Positions 20,131 through 30,805 of a DNA stretch of 64,000 nt are shown one piece after another. The notes beneath the pieces are model-generated. The model was given only the letters and a program-made list of their open reading frames with translations. It was not told the DNA's origin and ran no database searches. The DNA is from an uncultured Methylomirabilota bacterium (GTDB taxonomy: Bacteria; Methylomirabilota; Methylomirabilia; Methylomirabilales; 2-02-FULL-66-22), in the NCBI GenBank assembly GCA_963705305.1, contig OY970067.1, forward strand, positions 1,632,001 through 1,696,000, written 5' to 3'. Numbering within the stretch: position 1 is the stretch's first letter; each line of letters starts with the position of its first letter. The translations under genes and the position numbers were made by a program.

Positions 20131-21246
20131 TCAGGCCGCCCACCTCTCAAAGCCATATTCACGATGGAGGCCGCCGAGAATCGATCGCGCCACGACCCGC
20201 CTGTCTCGCGGGAGCTCATGGCCGATCATAGAGGCAGCCGGCAGGCCGGGCGGGGGCTGCGGCAGGCCGGGACCGAGTCGGCTGTGTGGCCTCGCCCGGT
20301 TGTAATGAACCTGCCAGATGTGAAGCACCCGACGCAGATGCTCCTCTCCGAACGGGATCAGAAAGTCCAGGCACTCCCGGCGTATAGTCCCCAGGAGTCT
20401 TTCACAAAAGGCGTTCGCCATGGGCGACTGAACGGGGGTCCGGAGGACCCGGACACCCATGGCGGTGAGGGCGGTGTCGAGCCAGGGTGAATAGATGCTG
20501 TCCCGATCGTGGAGGACGAACCGGTAGGGATGGGGTTCCGCAAGGATCTCCCGGAACTGCTGCACGGTCCACGCGGCGGTGGGATGCGCCGTGACGTTGA
20601 CGTGGCGCAGGCGTCGGCTGCCCACCTCGAGCGCGACGAAGACATAGAGGATCCGGAAGGTCGCCGTCACCGCGACGCAGAAATCGCACGCCACGAGGGC
20701 CTGAGCGTGATTCCGCACAAAGGTCGCCCAGCGTTGCCTGGTCGCTCGGGGGACTTCTCCTCCACCGCCAGAGGTGCGGCCCAGGTCCCGGCGGACGGTG
20801 CGCGGCGAAACCCGGATCCCGAGCTTGACCAGTAGCTCCGCGGTGATCCGCTCCTCGCCCCAAGTCGGATTCTCCCGGGCCATGTCGCGGATCAGCCGCC
20901 GGAGCTCCGTCGGGAGCCGGGGCCGGCCCGGCCGCGAGCGCCAGCGCCAGACGAGCCGAAAGGCGTTCCCGTGCCAGCGGAGCAGTGTGGCCGGCTGGAC
21001 GATCGTGAGCGCCTCCCGCCAGGCGAAGCCGCGCGCGAGCAGGACGAGCGCGAGCCGCAGCGGATCCGACGCCCGCTGGGGTTTCACTTGCCGCTCGCGG
21101 TACAGGGCCAGCTGTTTGCGAAGGAACAGATTCTCAGCGACCAGAGCGGTCCGCGAGCGGAGGGCGCTCCCGACGAACAGCACGAGATCTATCGCGAGGC
21201 CCGCTATGCCCCGGCCAAGGTGAACCCACGGCTTTACACATTCCAT
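20131..21246 (-). CDS. Integrase-core (rve) DDE transposase, IS481-like
   Basis: ENPTWGEERITAELLVKLG, ACDF, LHDRDSIY, ANAFCERLLGTIRRECLD and HYNRARPH motifs. Confidence 0.9.
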   Translation of the reverse strand: MECVKPWVHLGRGIAGLAIDLVLFVGSALRSRTALVAENLFLRKQLALYRERQVKPQRASDPLRLALVLLARGFAWREALTIVQPATLLRWHGNAFRLVWRWRSRPGRPRLPTELRRLIRDMARENPTWGEERITAELLVKLGIRVSPRTVRRDLGRTSGGGGEVPRATRQRWATFVRNHAQALVACDFCVAVTATFRILYVFVALEVGSRRLRHVNVTAHPTAAWTVQQFREILAEPHPYRFVLHDRDSIYSPWLDTALTAMGVRVLRTPVQSPMANAFCERLLGTIRRECLDFLIPFGEEHLRRVLHIWQVHYNRARPHSRLGPGLPQPPPGLPAASMIGHELPRDRRVVARSILGGLHREYGFERWAA

Positions 21247-21422
21247 GAACCCGGACTCCCCCTACTTCAGGTTGGAATCGTCGGCTGGTTGAGTGCGAGA
21301 GCCGGGAGTCTACCAGCGCAGAATGCATGGCGGATAGATTATTTGCGGAGCACAGGGAAGCTGATTACGAGTTTTCAGGAACGACAGGTCGATGCGAGCG
21401 ATTTCAGAGCCAAGCATAGCCT

Positions 21423-21608
21423 TCAGGGGCTCGGCCAGGGTCGCAGGTGTGAGGGGGCCCGGCTGACGAGGATCTGGCGGGCTCCGGCCTGGGCGTAGGC
21501 GAAGGCGAGGCTCCGCCCGATGCCCTCGCTCGCCCCCATAACAACGGCCAGCCGGCCGTCCAGGTGAAAGGTTGGGGAGGTCGGTGTGCCCTCCGCTACG
21601 GCGGTCAT
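21423..21608 (-). pseudogene. SDR N-terminal fragment
   Basis: LDGRLAVVMGASEGIGRSLAFAYAQAGA, then decays about 70 bp before the IS end. Confidence 0.75.
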
Positions 21609-21609
21609 C

Positions 21610-22830
21610 TCATCCCCTCCGGATCACCCGGCCCGTCGAGGGGTCGAGGGGGTGGACATCGCGAAGGAGCCGCGCGTCGAAGGGGTAGCTAGTGTAGACC
21701 TCGGGCCCCGCCTCGCGGAGCACCAGATTGTGCTCGAGGCGGAAGCCAGCGACGCCGGGCTTGCCGTAGTACGGCTCGTAGTTGGCGACCATCCCAGGGC
21801 GAAGCGTGAGCGGGTCGTTTTTCGAGGTGACGCTGAAGTGCGGCGGCTCCCAGGGGTTGAGCCCGCTGCCGTGGCCCAGCGAGCTCAGCACGTACTGCTC
21901 GCCGCAGGCCGTGACCACCTCCGCGTTGGTCGTGCCAGGCCGGGTCGCGGCCACCGCCCGGTGCAGCGCGTCGTAGCAGGCCTGGTGCAGGTCGATCTGC
22001 TCCTTGGTGGGGGAGACATCGCCGCAGATCCAGGTGCGTGTGAAATCGCCATAGTAGCCGTTGAACACCGCGCCGATGTCGATAATGACCGGATCCCCCA
22101 GCCGGATGATGCGATCGGAGGTGAACCGCCGATAGGGGGCTGTGTAGGGGCCGGATGCTACGATGTTGGAGCACTGTGTCCACTCGCTCCCCATGGCGGT
22201 CATCCGCTGCCAGGCGGCGGCCAGCACCTCGCACTCGCGCACCCCCGGCTTGAGGACGGCCAGGGCGGCGTCCATCGCGGCCTCGGTCATGGCGTTGGCG
22301 ATCTTCAGGCACTGGATCTCGTCCTCGGTCTTGATGATCTTGGCCTGAATCAAGATCTCGTAGCCATCCACGAAGCGGCTCTCGGGGAAGGCTTTCCGCA
22401 GCCCCTCGGCCATGGAGGGTGTGTACATGTCGATGCCGATGCTCTTGCCCGCGAGGGAGCCGACCAGGCCGCGCAGCCGCTCCGCAAATTCCTGGATCCC
22501 GGCGATCTCGCGGAAGTTGGCGCGCGGCTGGACCTGCCCCTTCTGCAGCCAGGGCATGCGGGCGTTGCAGTGCCCCTCGTCCATGGTGAAGAGGATCGGC
22601 GGCGTCTTGTCGCCGATGACCACCGTGGCATTTCCAATCACAGCCGCAGGCCCGAGGTGGTGCCGGTATGCGGTGAGGTAGCGGGCATCCTCGGTCCGGA
22701 AGACGAAGAGCAGATCCGCCTCGGAGGCCGCGATGACGGCCTGGGCCTTGGCTACACGCTCCTTGCGCAGGCGGTCGAAGTCGATGCGCTGCTCCCAGTC
22801 AACACCCATCATCCCGAATTCATCGTTCAT
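21610..22830 (-). CDS. M24 (Xaa-Pro peptidase/creatinase-like) metallopeptidase family protein
   Basis: DIG...YYGDFTRT, GHGSG, YEP and RLEH give the full D,D,H,E,E metal set. N-terminal GVDWEQRIDFDRLR. Confidence 0.9.
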   Translation of the reverse strand: MNDEFGMMGVDWEQRIDFDRLRKERVAKAQAVIAASEADLLFVFRTEDARYLTAYRHHLGPAAVIGNATVVIGDKTPPILFTMDEGHCNARMPWLQKGQVQPRANFREIAGIQEFAERLRGLVGSLAGKSIGIDMYTPSMAEGLRKAFPESRFVDGYEILIQAKIIKTEDEIQCLKIANAMTEAAMDAALAVLKPGVRECEVLAAAWQRMTAMGSEWTQCSNIVASGPYTAPYRRFTSDRIIRLGDPVIIDIGAVFNGYYGDFTRTWICGDVSPTKEQIDLHQACYDALHRAVAATRPGTTNAEVVTACGEQYVLSSLGHGSGLNPWEPPHFSVTSKNDPLTLRPGMVANYEPYYGKPGVAGFRLEHNLVLREAGPEVYTSYPFDARLLRDVHPLDPSTGRVIRRG

Positions 22831-22953
22831 CCCAAAGCCTCCTTGCCACATGGCGAGTGCGTCACCGTTAACGGGTGGGATAGCGTCCGCTGCCGACTGC
22901 CTGACGAGCCAAGCGATCAGTGGGCGCCACCGCCCGGAAGGCGATCAGTCAAC

Positions 22954-24206
22954 TGTAGTGCTCCCCCGAAGTCAAGCCACCTGGGGTGCATAACGCGCCC
23001 GGTACTGGGCCGGGCTGAGGTACTGCAAGGCCTGATGCGGCCGCTCCGTGTTGTACCAGGCGATCCACCGGCGGATGATCTGCCGGGCCTCCTGGTAGCC
23101 GGTGAAGACCTGCTGCCAGATGCACTCCTCCTTCAGGCTGCGGAAGAAGCGTTCGATGACCCCGTTCTGCTCCGGGGTGTACGGCGTGATGAACTCTTGG
23201 CGGAGGCGGTAGGTTCGGCACGCCGCCCGGAAGCGCCGGCTCTGGAAGATGAGCCCGTTGTCGCTCCGGAGGGTGGGCGTCGGGCCTGTGGGCCGCACGG
23301 TGCCGAAGCGGGCGAGACAGGCCGCCTCCAGGGCCCACTCCGCCTCCTGGGCGCGGCCGCGCAACGCGAACTCGTACCCCACCACCGCCCGATCATGGCA
23401 ATCGACCACGGCGGTGAGGTGCGCCCAGCCATCGGTGCCGCACGGGATATGGGTTACATCCACGGCCCAGCGGGTGTTCGGGGTCGCGGCCACGCTCTGC
23501 CGGCCGTGGACCCGCGGCCGGGGCGTGCGGGGGCGCTGGTGGACGAACCTGCCGTAGTGTTGGAGCACGCGGTAGACGGTCTTCCGGTTGATCCGGCGCC
23601 CCTCGCGGAACCGGAGGAGCGCCCACAGCCGGCGGTACCCGAACGTGGGGTGGGCCTGGATCAGGGCCGCCACCCGGGCAACCAGATCGCCATTCAGGGG
23701 CCGGGGCGGCCGCGGGGATCGGGACGGGCGTCGCGCCGCCCGCCAGGCCGAGCGCGGCACCTGGAGCACCCGGCAGAGTCGGCGCTGCGAGACGTCGGAC
23801 ATGCTCGCGCTTACTCGCCGGACGTCGTCGGCCCGAAAGGGCGGCCCTTCAGCGCCTCCTTGAGGATGTCGAGATCCAGGACGAGCTCCCCGACCTTCTG
23901 CTTGAGCTGTTTGATCTGCGCGTCCTTCAGGGCGTCCTCGTCCTTCGGCCGATTCCGGAGGGCGTTCTCGGCCGCCACCAGGAACCGGTCCTGCCAGCTC
24001 TCGATCTCGGCCACCGTGAGGCCGTGCTGGCGGGCGGCCTCCGCGACCGTCGTCTCGCCTTTCAAGATCGCTACCACCAGGGCTGCTCGGCGCTTGGCGG
24101 TCCATCGCTCCACCGGTTCGGGGCTCTCGTCGACCATGGCCACCTCCGTGCCAGGGATCCTCCCATGGCGTCAGGGTGGCGTCAACTTCACGGGGAGCAG
24201 GATACA
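22954..24206 (-). mobile_element. IS3 family element (DUF1153-type orfA plus rve orfB)
   Basis: Inverted repeats TGTAGTGCTCCCCCGAAGTCAAGCCA / TGTATCCTGCTCCCCGTGAAGTTGACGCCA. OrfA 23811-24143 (RWTAKRRAALVVAILKG). OrfB ends 22972 (WAVDVT, SDNG, IERFFRSLKEE). Confidence 0.92.
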
Positions 24207-24363
24207 ACGGGCCTCTTTCACGCCTACTCCTTCACCTCCACCGCATCAACAAGCCGCTGCAGCACAGGCTCCCTGCCATCGATATTAGAAAAACCAACCT
24301 GTTTTGTTCCGTTTGGTTATTGCCAACATTTCCTTTCCGGCGTTGGCCCCAACGGGTAGGTTC

Positions 24364-26052
24364 TCATTCTACTGTCACACCATAATCCACCCGGGCCATC
24401 TCTGAACTTACCTTTCCGTTCCTAACGTCTTCGTCCACCTCGATACGCGGACGGCTCTGTGGAAAACCAAACCCTCCGCCGCCGGCTGTCTCGATTATGA
24501 GGCGGTCTCCCTCATATAGTTGTGTTATCACCTTCGACGGAATAACTTCCTCCTTCCCATCAACTCGTTTGATACGCGAAACTGCTACGGCACCAGAGCC
24601 TCCTCCATGGGATCCGCAGGCTGGGTAGTAATGGCGCTCCCCTCGATGCGTAAGTGTTACATTCCCGTAAAGTACCTCAAATTCCTTCATTAAACCAAGG
24701 CCTCCTCGATAACGTCCTGGACCACCCGAATCACGCCGTAACCTCAGGCAATTCACCCGAATAGGCGCATCCATTTCGAGTGCCTCAACAGGAATGTTCA
24801 TGCAATTTGAAGCATCCGTTTCTATCACATCAACCCCGTCAGAACGGTAGCTCGCGCCGCTGCCGCCCGCAATCAATTCACCAATAATATAGGGTGTTCC
24901 GTCCCACCTCCCCCCTCCAAACGTCACCGCCAAGAGCTCCCCACTGGCGTCTGCTGGGATTTGCTTCTCCAAAACATCTTTAAAAGCGCCGAGGATACAC
25001 CCGGTAAGCCGTTTTATTGTTGCAGTTCTGCAACTCACTGGAGCAGGCTCAAATGGATTCACGATGCTCCCTTCCGGCAAAGTCACCTTAACCGGGCGAA
25101 AGCATCCCGCATTTGTAGGAATTGTCGGATCTGTTAGGGCGCGTATTGCACAATAACAGCCCGCAATGGCACTTGCGGGCACACAATTAAAGGGGCCCTT
25201 AACTTGCTGACTTGATCCCGAAAAATCGAAATGCACATCCCCGTCCTTTACCGTTACAGCTACCTCTATCCTCACTCGGGTTTCTAAATCTATACCATCG
25301 TTGTCCATCTGATCTGAATATCGGTAAGTGCCTTCGGGAATCCTTCCTATTGATTCCCGTGTCATTTCTTCCGACCGGTTTAACAGTTCATCACAAATAC
25401 CCATGAAATGCTGCGTTCCATACTTCGAGATGAGCTCATTCAACCTTCTGACGCCAGTTTGGCACGCTGCAATTTGAGCATTCAGATCTCCCATAAACAT
25501 TTCGGGAATTCGCACATTTGCACGAAGCATCTTCACTAGTGTCTCGTTCATCACCCCGCGATCTCGCAGCTTTAAAGGCGGAATACGAATTCCCTCCTGG
25601 ATAAGTTCTGTTGCCATCGTAGGAACCGAGCCCGGCGTCATCCCTCCGATGTCTTGGTGATGGGTCATAGCCGCAGCGAAGGCAATTGGGCGACCGTGAA
25701 ACACTACCGGGGCCACGAGCCCAATGTCGGGTAGGTGTGTCGCACCGAGGTAGGGGTCGTTCATAATATAAATGTCATCCGCCTGCATTGCCTCAATGCC
25801 AAACGTTTTTATAAAAGTACGAACAATGGGAATTAATGTTCCGAGGTGAATTGGCGTCGCGCACGCTTGCGATAATGTTTCTCCTTCCACGTTAAAGAGG
25901 CTCGCAGAAGCATCCTGCCCCTCCTTCACAATGGGGGAAAAGGAACTCCGCAGTAAGGTTGCCTCCATTTCATTTGAAATCCCGTCCAATTTGTGTCTCA
26001 CGACCTCCATTGTTATGGGGTCAATGGGCGCCGCGTGCTGTTTGTGTCTCAT
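24364..26052 (-). CDS. Hydantoinase B/oxoprolinase family protein
   Basis: SFSPIVKEGQDAS, NDPYLGATHLPD, HHQDIGG, QEG and DSGGPGRYRGG motifs. Confidence 0.93.
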   Translation of the reverse strand: MRHKQHAAPIDPITMEVVRHKLDGISNEMEATLLRSSFSPIVKEGQDASASLFNVEGETLSQACATPIHLGTLIPIVRTFIKTFGIEAMQADDIYIMNDPYLGATHLPDIGLVAPVVFHGRPIAFAAAMTHHQDIGGMTPGSVPTMATELIQEGIRIPPLKLRDRGVMNETLVKMLRANVRIPEMFMGDLNAQIAACQTGVRRLNELISKYGTQHFMGICDELLNRSEEMTRESIGRIPEGTYRYSDQMDNDGIDLETRVRIEVAVTVKDGDVHFDFSGSSQQVKGPFNCVPASAIAGCYCAIRALTDPTIPTNAGCFRPVKVTLPEGSIVNPFEPAPVSCRTATIKRLTGCILGAFKDVLEKQIPADASGELLAVTFGGGRWDGTPYIIGELIAGGSGASYRSDGVDVIETDASNCMNIPVEALEMDAPIRVNCLRLRRDSGGPGRYRGGLGLMKEFEVLYGNVTLTHRGERHYYPACGSHGGGSGAVAVSRIKRVDGKEEVIPSKVITQLYEGDRLIIETAGGGGFGFPQSRPRIEVDEDVRNGKVSSEMARVDYGVTVE

Positions 26053-26148
26053 TGTTTGCTCCTGCCACAATATTGTCTTGCAATAATCCTGTCGTATTCG
26101 AATTACCTCGATCTGCTTGACAGCCCCAGTAACGGCGGTTTCCTAATG

Positions 26149-28293
26149 CTAACAATGCATGAGCATGTTACCCGCCGCGTCAATCTGACAGAACCAGCCA
26201 ATATCAACTACAGTTGTCGTATCCTCCTGCTCGACTATTGCGGGCCCTGTAAATTCATATCCTGTCCCTAGCGCATCTCTGTCGTACACCTTCGCCTTAA
26301 CGGCTTCGCCACTTCCGGGCAAGAAAATCTGCCGGGTCCCTTTTTGCGGTATTGCATTGGAGCTTGCTGCACGGGTAAAATCGACATGCTCCAGTCTTAT
26401 GGCCCGGTGGATACTTCGCAGATTTACAATGCATGCGGGCGCATCAGTGCAATAACCGTAAACGCTATCATGGATCCGGATAAAATTATCATAGAGCTTC
26501 TGTAAGAGGTCTGAATTCTCAACGCAAATAGGAACCTCTATTGTATACGATTGGCCAATGTAACAGACGTCTGCGTAATAGGCTATGACGATGTTTGCTT
26601 CGTCAATCTCCTCGGCGGCCATCAGTTCAGAACACTTTGCGTCCAATGACTTAAGTCGCTCTACCATGTCTTCTACCGCTAATCCACTTAGCGGGCGAGC
26701 AAATGACGACGTCGCCTCGTGCTCCACAGGGGCAGAGAGCAGCCCTGCGGCTGACAAGACACCAGGATACCGGGGAACGATTATCCTCGTTATATTCAAT
26801 TCCTTGGCTAACGCCGTTATATGTACAGCTCCTCCACCGCCGAGCGCCAGCAATGTAAAAGTCCTCGGGTCGATTCCTTGGCGTATTGAAATAAGCCGTA
26901 TGGCTTCAGCCATTTGCGCATTCAGCACGCGGTGAATACCCAGGGCCGCGACCTTCAAAGGGAGCCCCATCGGTGCGGCTATTTTTTCCTGAATTGCAAC
27001 CGATGCTAAATCAGGATTTAGCTTCAATGAGCCGCCAGCAAAATAATCAGGATCTATGTAGCCGAGAACTATCGAGGCATCGGTTACTGTGGCCTCAGAG
27101 CCGCCCCGACTATAGCAAGCCGGGCCGGGATCGGACCCTGCAGACTCCGGCCCAACTCGAAGGCCCTTGGCCGCATCTAGCCACGCGATGCTTCCACCCC
27201 CAGAGCCGATACTATTGACGTCCACCATGCCTACCCGGACTGGGAAGCCTGCGATGTTGCCTTCAGTTCGAATGATGGCGTTCCCTTTATTGATCAGGGC
27301 AACGTCACAACTCGTTCCCCCGATATCTACGCTGATGAGATCTTCAATACCAGCAGCGCGCCCGACTAGTCGCGCTCCAATGACACCGGCCGCTGGCCCG
27401 GACAGAAACATTCGTATTGGGCGCCTACGGGCAATTTCCGAGACCATCAAGCCGCCGCGTGACTGCATAATCTGGAGCGGCGCCACGACGGCCGACGCTG
27501 ACAGCCCCTTCTCGACCTTTAATAGGTAATGATCGATCACGGGTTTGAGGTACGCATCGAAGGTAGTTGCCACCGTTCGCTCATATTCGCGAAAGGTCGG
27601 ATCCACCTCATGTGATAACGAGACATCCACGCCCGGATATACTTCCTGGATTATTTCGCGGGCACGTAGCTCATGTGCAGGATTGACGAAAGAGAACAAA
27701 AACACAACCGCAATTGCCTCAACACTCTCGCGTCTTAAATCCTCTACCGCTTGCCGCACTGAGGCTTCATCAATGGGTATTATCACCTTTCCAGATGCGG
27801 CCAGTCGCTCCCTAATTTCTCTCCGCCGCGCTCCCGGTACCAGGAAGGTCGGAGTCTCAGGCGTCAAAATAGGATCGTACATCTGTTGCCGGCGTTGTCT
27901 CCCAATCTCGAGAACGTCTTTGAAGCCCTCGGTGGTGAGAAGGCCTAACTTTGCACCCTTTTTTTCCAATACGGCATTAGTGGCAACGGTTGATCCGTGG
28001 GCGAACTTTACAACCTGTCCCGCCGATACTCCCCAGCTTGCGGACATATGGCGAATGGAGGACAACACCGCCAAGCTCGAATCGTGCCGGGTTGACGGTA
28101 TTTTGGTAAACCGCCACACTCCGTTGTTGTCGCGGCAGACAACATCCGTAAAAGTCCCACCAACGTCGACGCCGACTTCCACTTCTATACTCGGTCGACC
28201 TCTGCGCACTTTTCCCCTAACTGGTTTAACGGATGTAGGCATCTTCGGTTCTACAACCATGGGATCAGCCTCCGCACAGCTTTTGAAACCCAT
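26149..28293 (-). CDS. Hydantoinase A/oxoprolinase family protein
   Basis: GVDVGGTFTD, HGSTVATNA, REYER, LSGPAAGV, DIGGTSCD and VGPESAGSDPGPACY motifs. Exact start uncertain. Confidence 0.93.
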   Translation of the reverse strand: MGFKSCAEADPMVVEPKMPTSVKPVRGKVRRGRPSIEVEVGVDVGGTFTDVVCRDNNGVWRFTKIPSTRHDSSLAVLSSIRHMSASWGVSAGQVVKFAHGSTVATNAVLEKKGAKLGLLTTEGFKDVLEIGRQRRQQMYDPILTPETPTFLVPGARRREIRERLAASGKVIIPIDEASVRQAVEDLRRESVEAIAVVFLFSFVNPAHELRAREIIQEVYPGVDVSLSHEVDPTFREYERTVATTFDAYLKPVIDHYLLKVEKGLSASAVVAPLQIMQSRGGLMVSEIARRRPIRMFLSGPAAGVIGARLVGRAAGIEDLISVDIGGTSCDVALINKGNAIIRTEGNIAGFPVRVGMVDVNSIGSGGGSIAWLDAAKGLRVGPESAGSDPGPACYSRGGSEATVTDASIVLGYIDPDYFAGGSLKLNPDLASVAIQEKIAAPMGLPLKVAALGIHRVLNAQMAEAIRLISIRQGIDPRTFTLLALGGGGAVHITALAKELNITRIIVPRYPGVLSAAGLLSAPVEHEATSSFARPLSGLAVEDMVERLKSLDAKCSELMAAEEIDEANIVIAYYADVCYIGQSYTIEVPICVENSDLLQKLYDNFIRIHDSVYGYCTDAPACIVNLRSIHRAIRLEHVDFTRAASSNAIPQKGTRQIFLPGSGEAVKAKVYDRDALGTGYEFTGPAIVEQEDTTTVVDIGWFCQIDAAGNMLMHC

Positions 28294-28756
28294 TGCAAGG
28301 TAAACATACAGCGACGGCTCTCAAGTCGCAACGACCGCCAAAAGGGTAATTTTCACGAAAACTGCGATGCTGCCAAAGCTCATAGCAAGCCACCCTGCCT
28401 TCTCTCAATATCGCAGGCTTGAGGCACTCAATGGAGGACACATTAGCGTCCTTTATTGAAAGTCTCACAATTCCTTGGCCTTGTACTCCGGCTCGCTGAT
28501 TTTGCAACTACGACTTTCACGGTTGAGATGCCCTCTGAAGACCAAAGCTGTCCCGTCGCTCTCCACCCTGCACTCCGCGCCACATGAAAATAGGCTGTCC
28601 TCAGCGGCAGCCCGGCCCCCGACCGACGTCGGTCACTCTTGGTACCGCAAGTCCGGCATAAGTTGGATGCGGGAGCTTCAGGCACGCCGTCATGTCGCTC
28701 CGAGCAGAGTCTCGATCGTGAAGCTCCTCTGGACGCCCGGTGAAGGGAAGGCGCGA

Positions 28757-28925
28757 TGCATGTGCTGTTCGAACCCCGTACCGGGTCGGATCTACCTCAG
28801 GCCACCACCACCGCTTGCGTACGGACCCTGAGGAAGGGGCGCATGCGAGCCTAGGTTTTCCAGGCCTTCGAGACCACGACCCCGGAGCTTTTAGCGCTCC
28901 GAGACTGGCTCGCCGACGCCACGTG
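28757..28925 (+). pseudogene. Decayed IS110-family transposase N-terminal remnant
   Basis: Reads MHVLFE...TTTACVRT...AFETTT, then (frame change) LLALRDWLAD, resembling IS110 N-termini. Contains stops and frameshifts. Confidence 0.45.
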
Positions 28926-29012
28926 CTTCCACCTCAAAGTGCCCTCCACGAATGACGGACACTCAATAGCCATGCGTAAGTATTTCCCCGTGGTAGCTGA
29001 TCCATCCACATT

Positions 29013-30152
29013 TCAGTAAGCGGGGACTGGCGCATTGTATTTCTTGCCAAGGATTTTAAAAGCTTGAAGAATTTCCTTAGCCCATTTCGGACTGTCAGCA
29101 ACTCTGATTTCCTTGCAATCGATGCCAAGCAATTTCTTAGTGATTTCATATGCTTCTTCCGTCACAAGTAACGTTCCATCCTCCTTAATTGCCTCTACCC
29201 CTTCATATCGTGCCTGATCAACATTGTACTTGATTGCCTGCTCCATGGTCATCCCCTGCGGGAGTTCAATCCTCACACCCTTTGCTCCAATCCGCATGGG
29301 GTAGCCGCCTATCAGGCCATTCGGGCCGGGCGAGTGGGTAAATTCGTTGGTATCATTCAGAACCGCCATAATATTTTTCACGGCCGAGGCCGCGACGGCC
29401 GGATGGATGATCCAACTCGTCCACCCAGGAGGACAAGGTGCCATGAGCCTGTCGGAGATCAGTGAAGCCGTATCATATCTGTTGGTCACGTCTTTGTCCC
29501 CGAGCATGATCTTTAGGAAGTAGGGGATCCCCCTCCTCACCCCCATCACATTGATAACATGCTCACAGAAGAAGTACACCCTCACGGCGCTAATCGGCAC
29601 GCCCTCCTTCACACTGACCTTCCGCCGAATCTCAGAAACGATGTTGTCTAGATTGCCGGCCCCGACCAGCACCCCGAGGCCAGCTCTAGACAGCATCGGA
29701 TTGACGATGTCGGGCCAAGCGTGATTGATGACAACCGGATTGGTACCAGACTTCTTGACCGCCTGCATAAGTTTATGAATCAGGGTCAGATGAACCGGCA
29801 CCACGGGGCCGCCCGCTATCTTCTTCGTCTCTTCATGGATCTCATCCGGCAAGTAGCAGTAAACCGACCAGGACATTAACGACATTCCGCTGTAGATGAG
29901 GTCAGGCTTATGTTTACTAATCAGTTCGGCAGTCCTGTCGATGTCAAACACATCACATTCTTCAAACAGCAAGGTTTTGTCATAGCCCTCCGCGCCTGCC
30001 CCCACGGCCGCTACATCGATCTTTTTCCGCCCCCAGTCCGCCCTCTTGTCACATCCAATTATTGATGATACTCCTTGCCGGCGCGCCAAGAATTCGATAA
30101 CCCATCCACCCAAGTCCCCCACCCCAAATACCATAACCGTCCTGTTGCCCAT
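29013..30152 (-). CDS. Uncharacterised NAD(P)-binding Rossmann protein (saccharopine-dehydrogenase/LDH-like)
   Basis: VMVFGVGDLG, INHAWPDIVN, GAGN and HSPGPNGLIGGYP motifs. Start ATG 30152 after AGGAG. Confidence 0.7.
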   Translation of the reverse strand: MGNRTVMVFGVGDLGGWVIEFLARRQGVSSIIGCDKRADWGRKKIDVAAVGAGAEGYDKTLLFEECDVFDIDRTAELISKHKPDLIYSGMSLMSWSVYCYLPDEIHEETKKIAGGPVVPVHLTLIHKLMQAVKKSGTNPVVINHAWPDIVNPMLSRAGLGVLVGAGNLDNIVSEIRRKVSVKEGVPISAVRVYFFCEHVINVMGVRRGIPYFLKIMLGDKDVTNRYDTASLISDRLMAPCPPGWTSWIIHPAVAASAVKNIMAVLNDTNEFTHSPGPNGLIGGYPMRIGAKGVRIELPQGMTMEQAIKYNVDQARYEGVEAIKEDGTLLVTEEAYEITKKLLGIDCKEIRVADSPKWAKEILQAFKILGKKYNAPVPAY

Positions 30153-30255
30153 GGCCTTCTCCTTCCCTGAACCTTCCCACACGTTTCTGGATATGTCCAT
30201 TGAACTCTAGCCAAACGCTCCATCTCTACCGCAGCAGCTCCCACTACCCACAACG

Positions 30256-30723
30256 CTACTCGTTCACCAAAGCAATCGGTTCGAATTCCATCAAGCAATC
30301 GTCGTTTACACCGATCCGTGGCACCTCAAGTACCGTGCTCGCCGGAGGATCCTTTTTCATGAACATCATCCGAATACGTTCGAACACAGCGAAATCTCGG
30401 TCCATATTCACCATATAGATATGCGTATACAGAATGTTATTCATCGACGACCCCAACTCTTCAAGTATCTTCTTCGTATTACTAAGGATGAACCAAGCCT
30501 GCGAAGCTATGCGCCCTTCCCGTTCGTCCGTATGGGTCCTGCCAGTTGCCAACTTTCTCCCCTCTTCGTCCAGCAGGTCTCGATAGCCCTTAATGACGAT
30601 ATTTCGGTCGGGATCGTAGGCAATCTGACCAGCGAGAAACAAGAACGGGCCAGCCTTTGTCGCGAGAGAATAATAGGAAGCTGGCGCCTTAAATGATTTG
30701 ATAGGGGGCACTTCTTTTCTCAT
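30256..30723 (-). CDS. Rid (YjgF/YER057c/UK114) family protein
   Basis: YSLATKAGPFLFLAGQ, QAWFILSN and PPASTVLEV...MEFEPIA motifs. Confidence 0.9.
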   Translation of the reverse strand: MRKEVPPIKSFKAPASYYSLATKAGPFLFLAGQIAYDPDRNIVIKGYRDLLDEEGRKLATGRTHTDEREGRIASQAWFILSNTKKILEELGSSMNNILYTHIYMVNMDRDFAVFERIRMMFMKKDPPASTVLEVPRIGVNDDCLMEFEPIALVNE

Positions 30724-30805
30724 GACTCGCCTCTCTGCGTATAACGGTTGTCGAGATACTTACGGTCTACGGTCGCCAGCAATACACAAAAGCTGCCCAG
30801 CAGTA

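Larger units (their letters stand above)
18509..21354 (-). mobile_element. IS481-like integrase-core element whose right inverted repeat is interrupted by a second IS
   Basis: Ends are TGTGCTCCGCAAATAATC (21354) and TGACGTCCGCAATTATTC (18509, continuing at 20120). Transposase at 20131-21246. Confidence 0.8.

Noticed and set aside
18484..20231. 482-aa and 544-aa ORFs over the ISH6-like element
   Set aside because: Alternative-frame or antisense products of a very GC-rich transposase gene.
21586..24288. 900-aa plus-strand ORF
   Set aside because: Shadow running across the M24 gene and an IS3 boundary; composition is typical of antisense frames.
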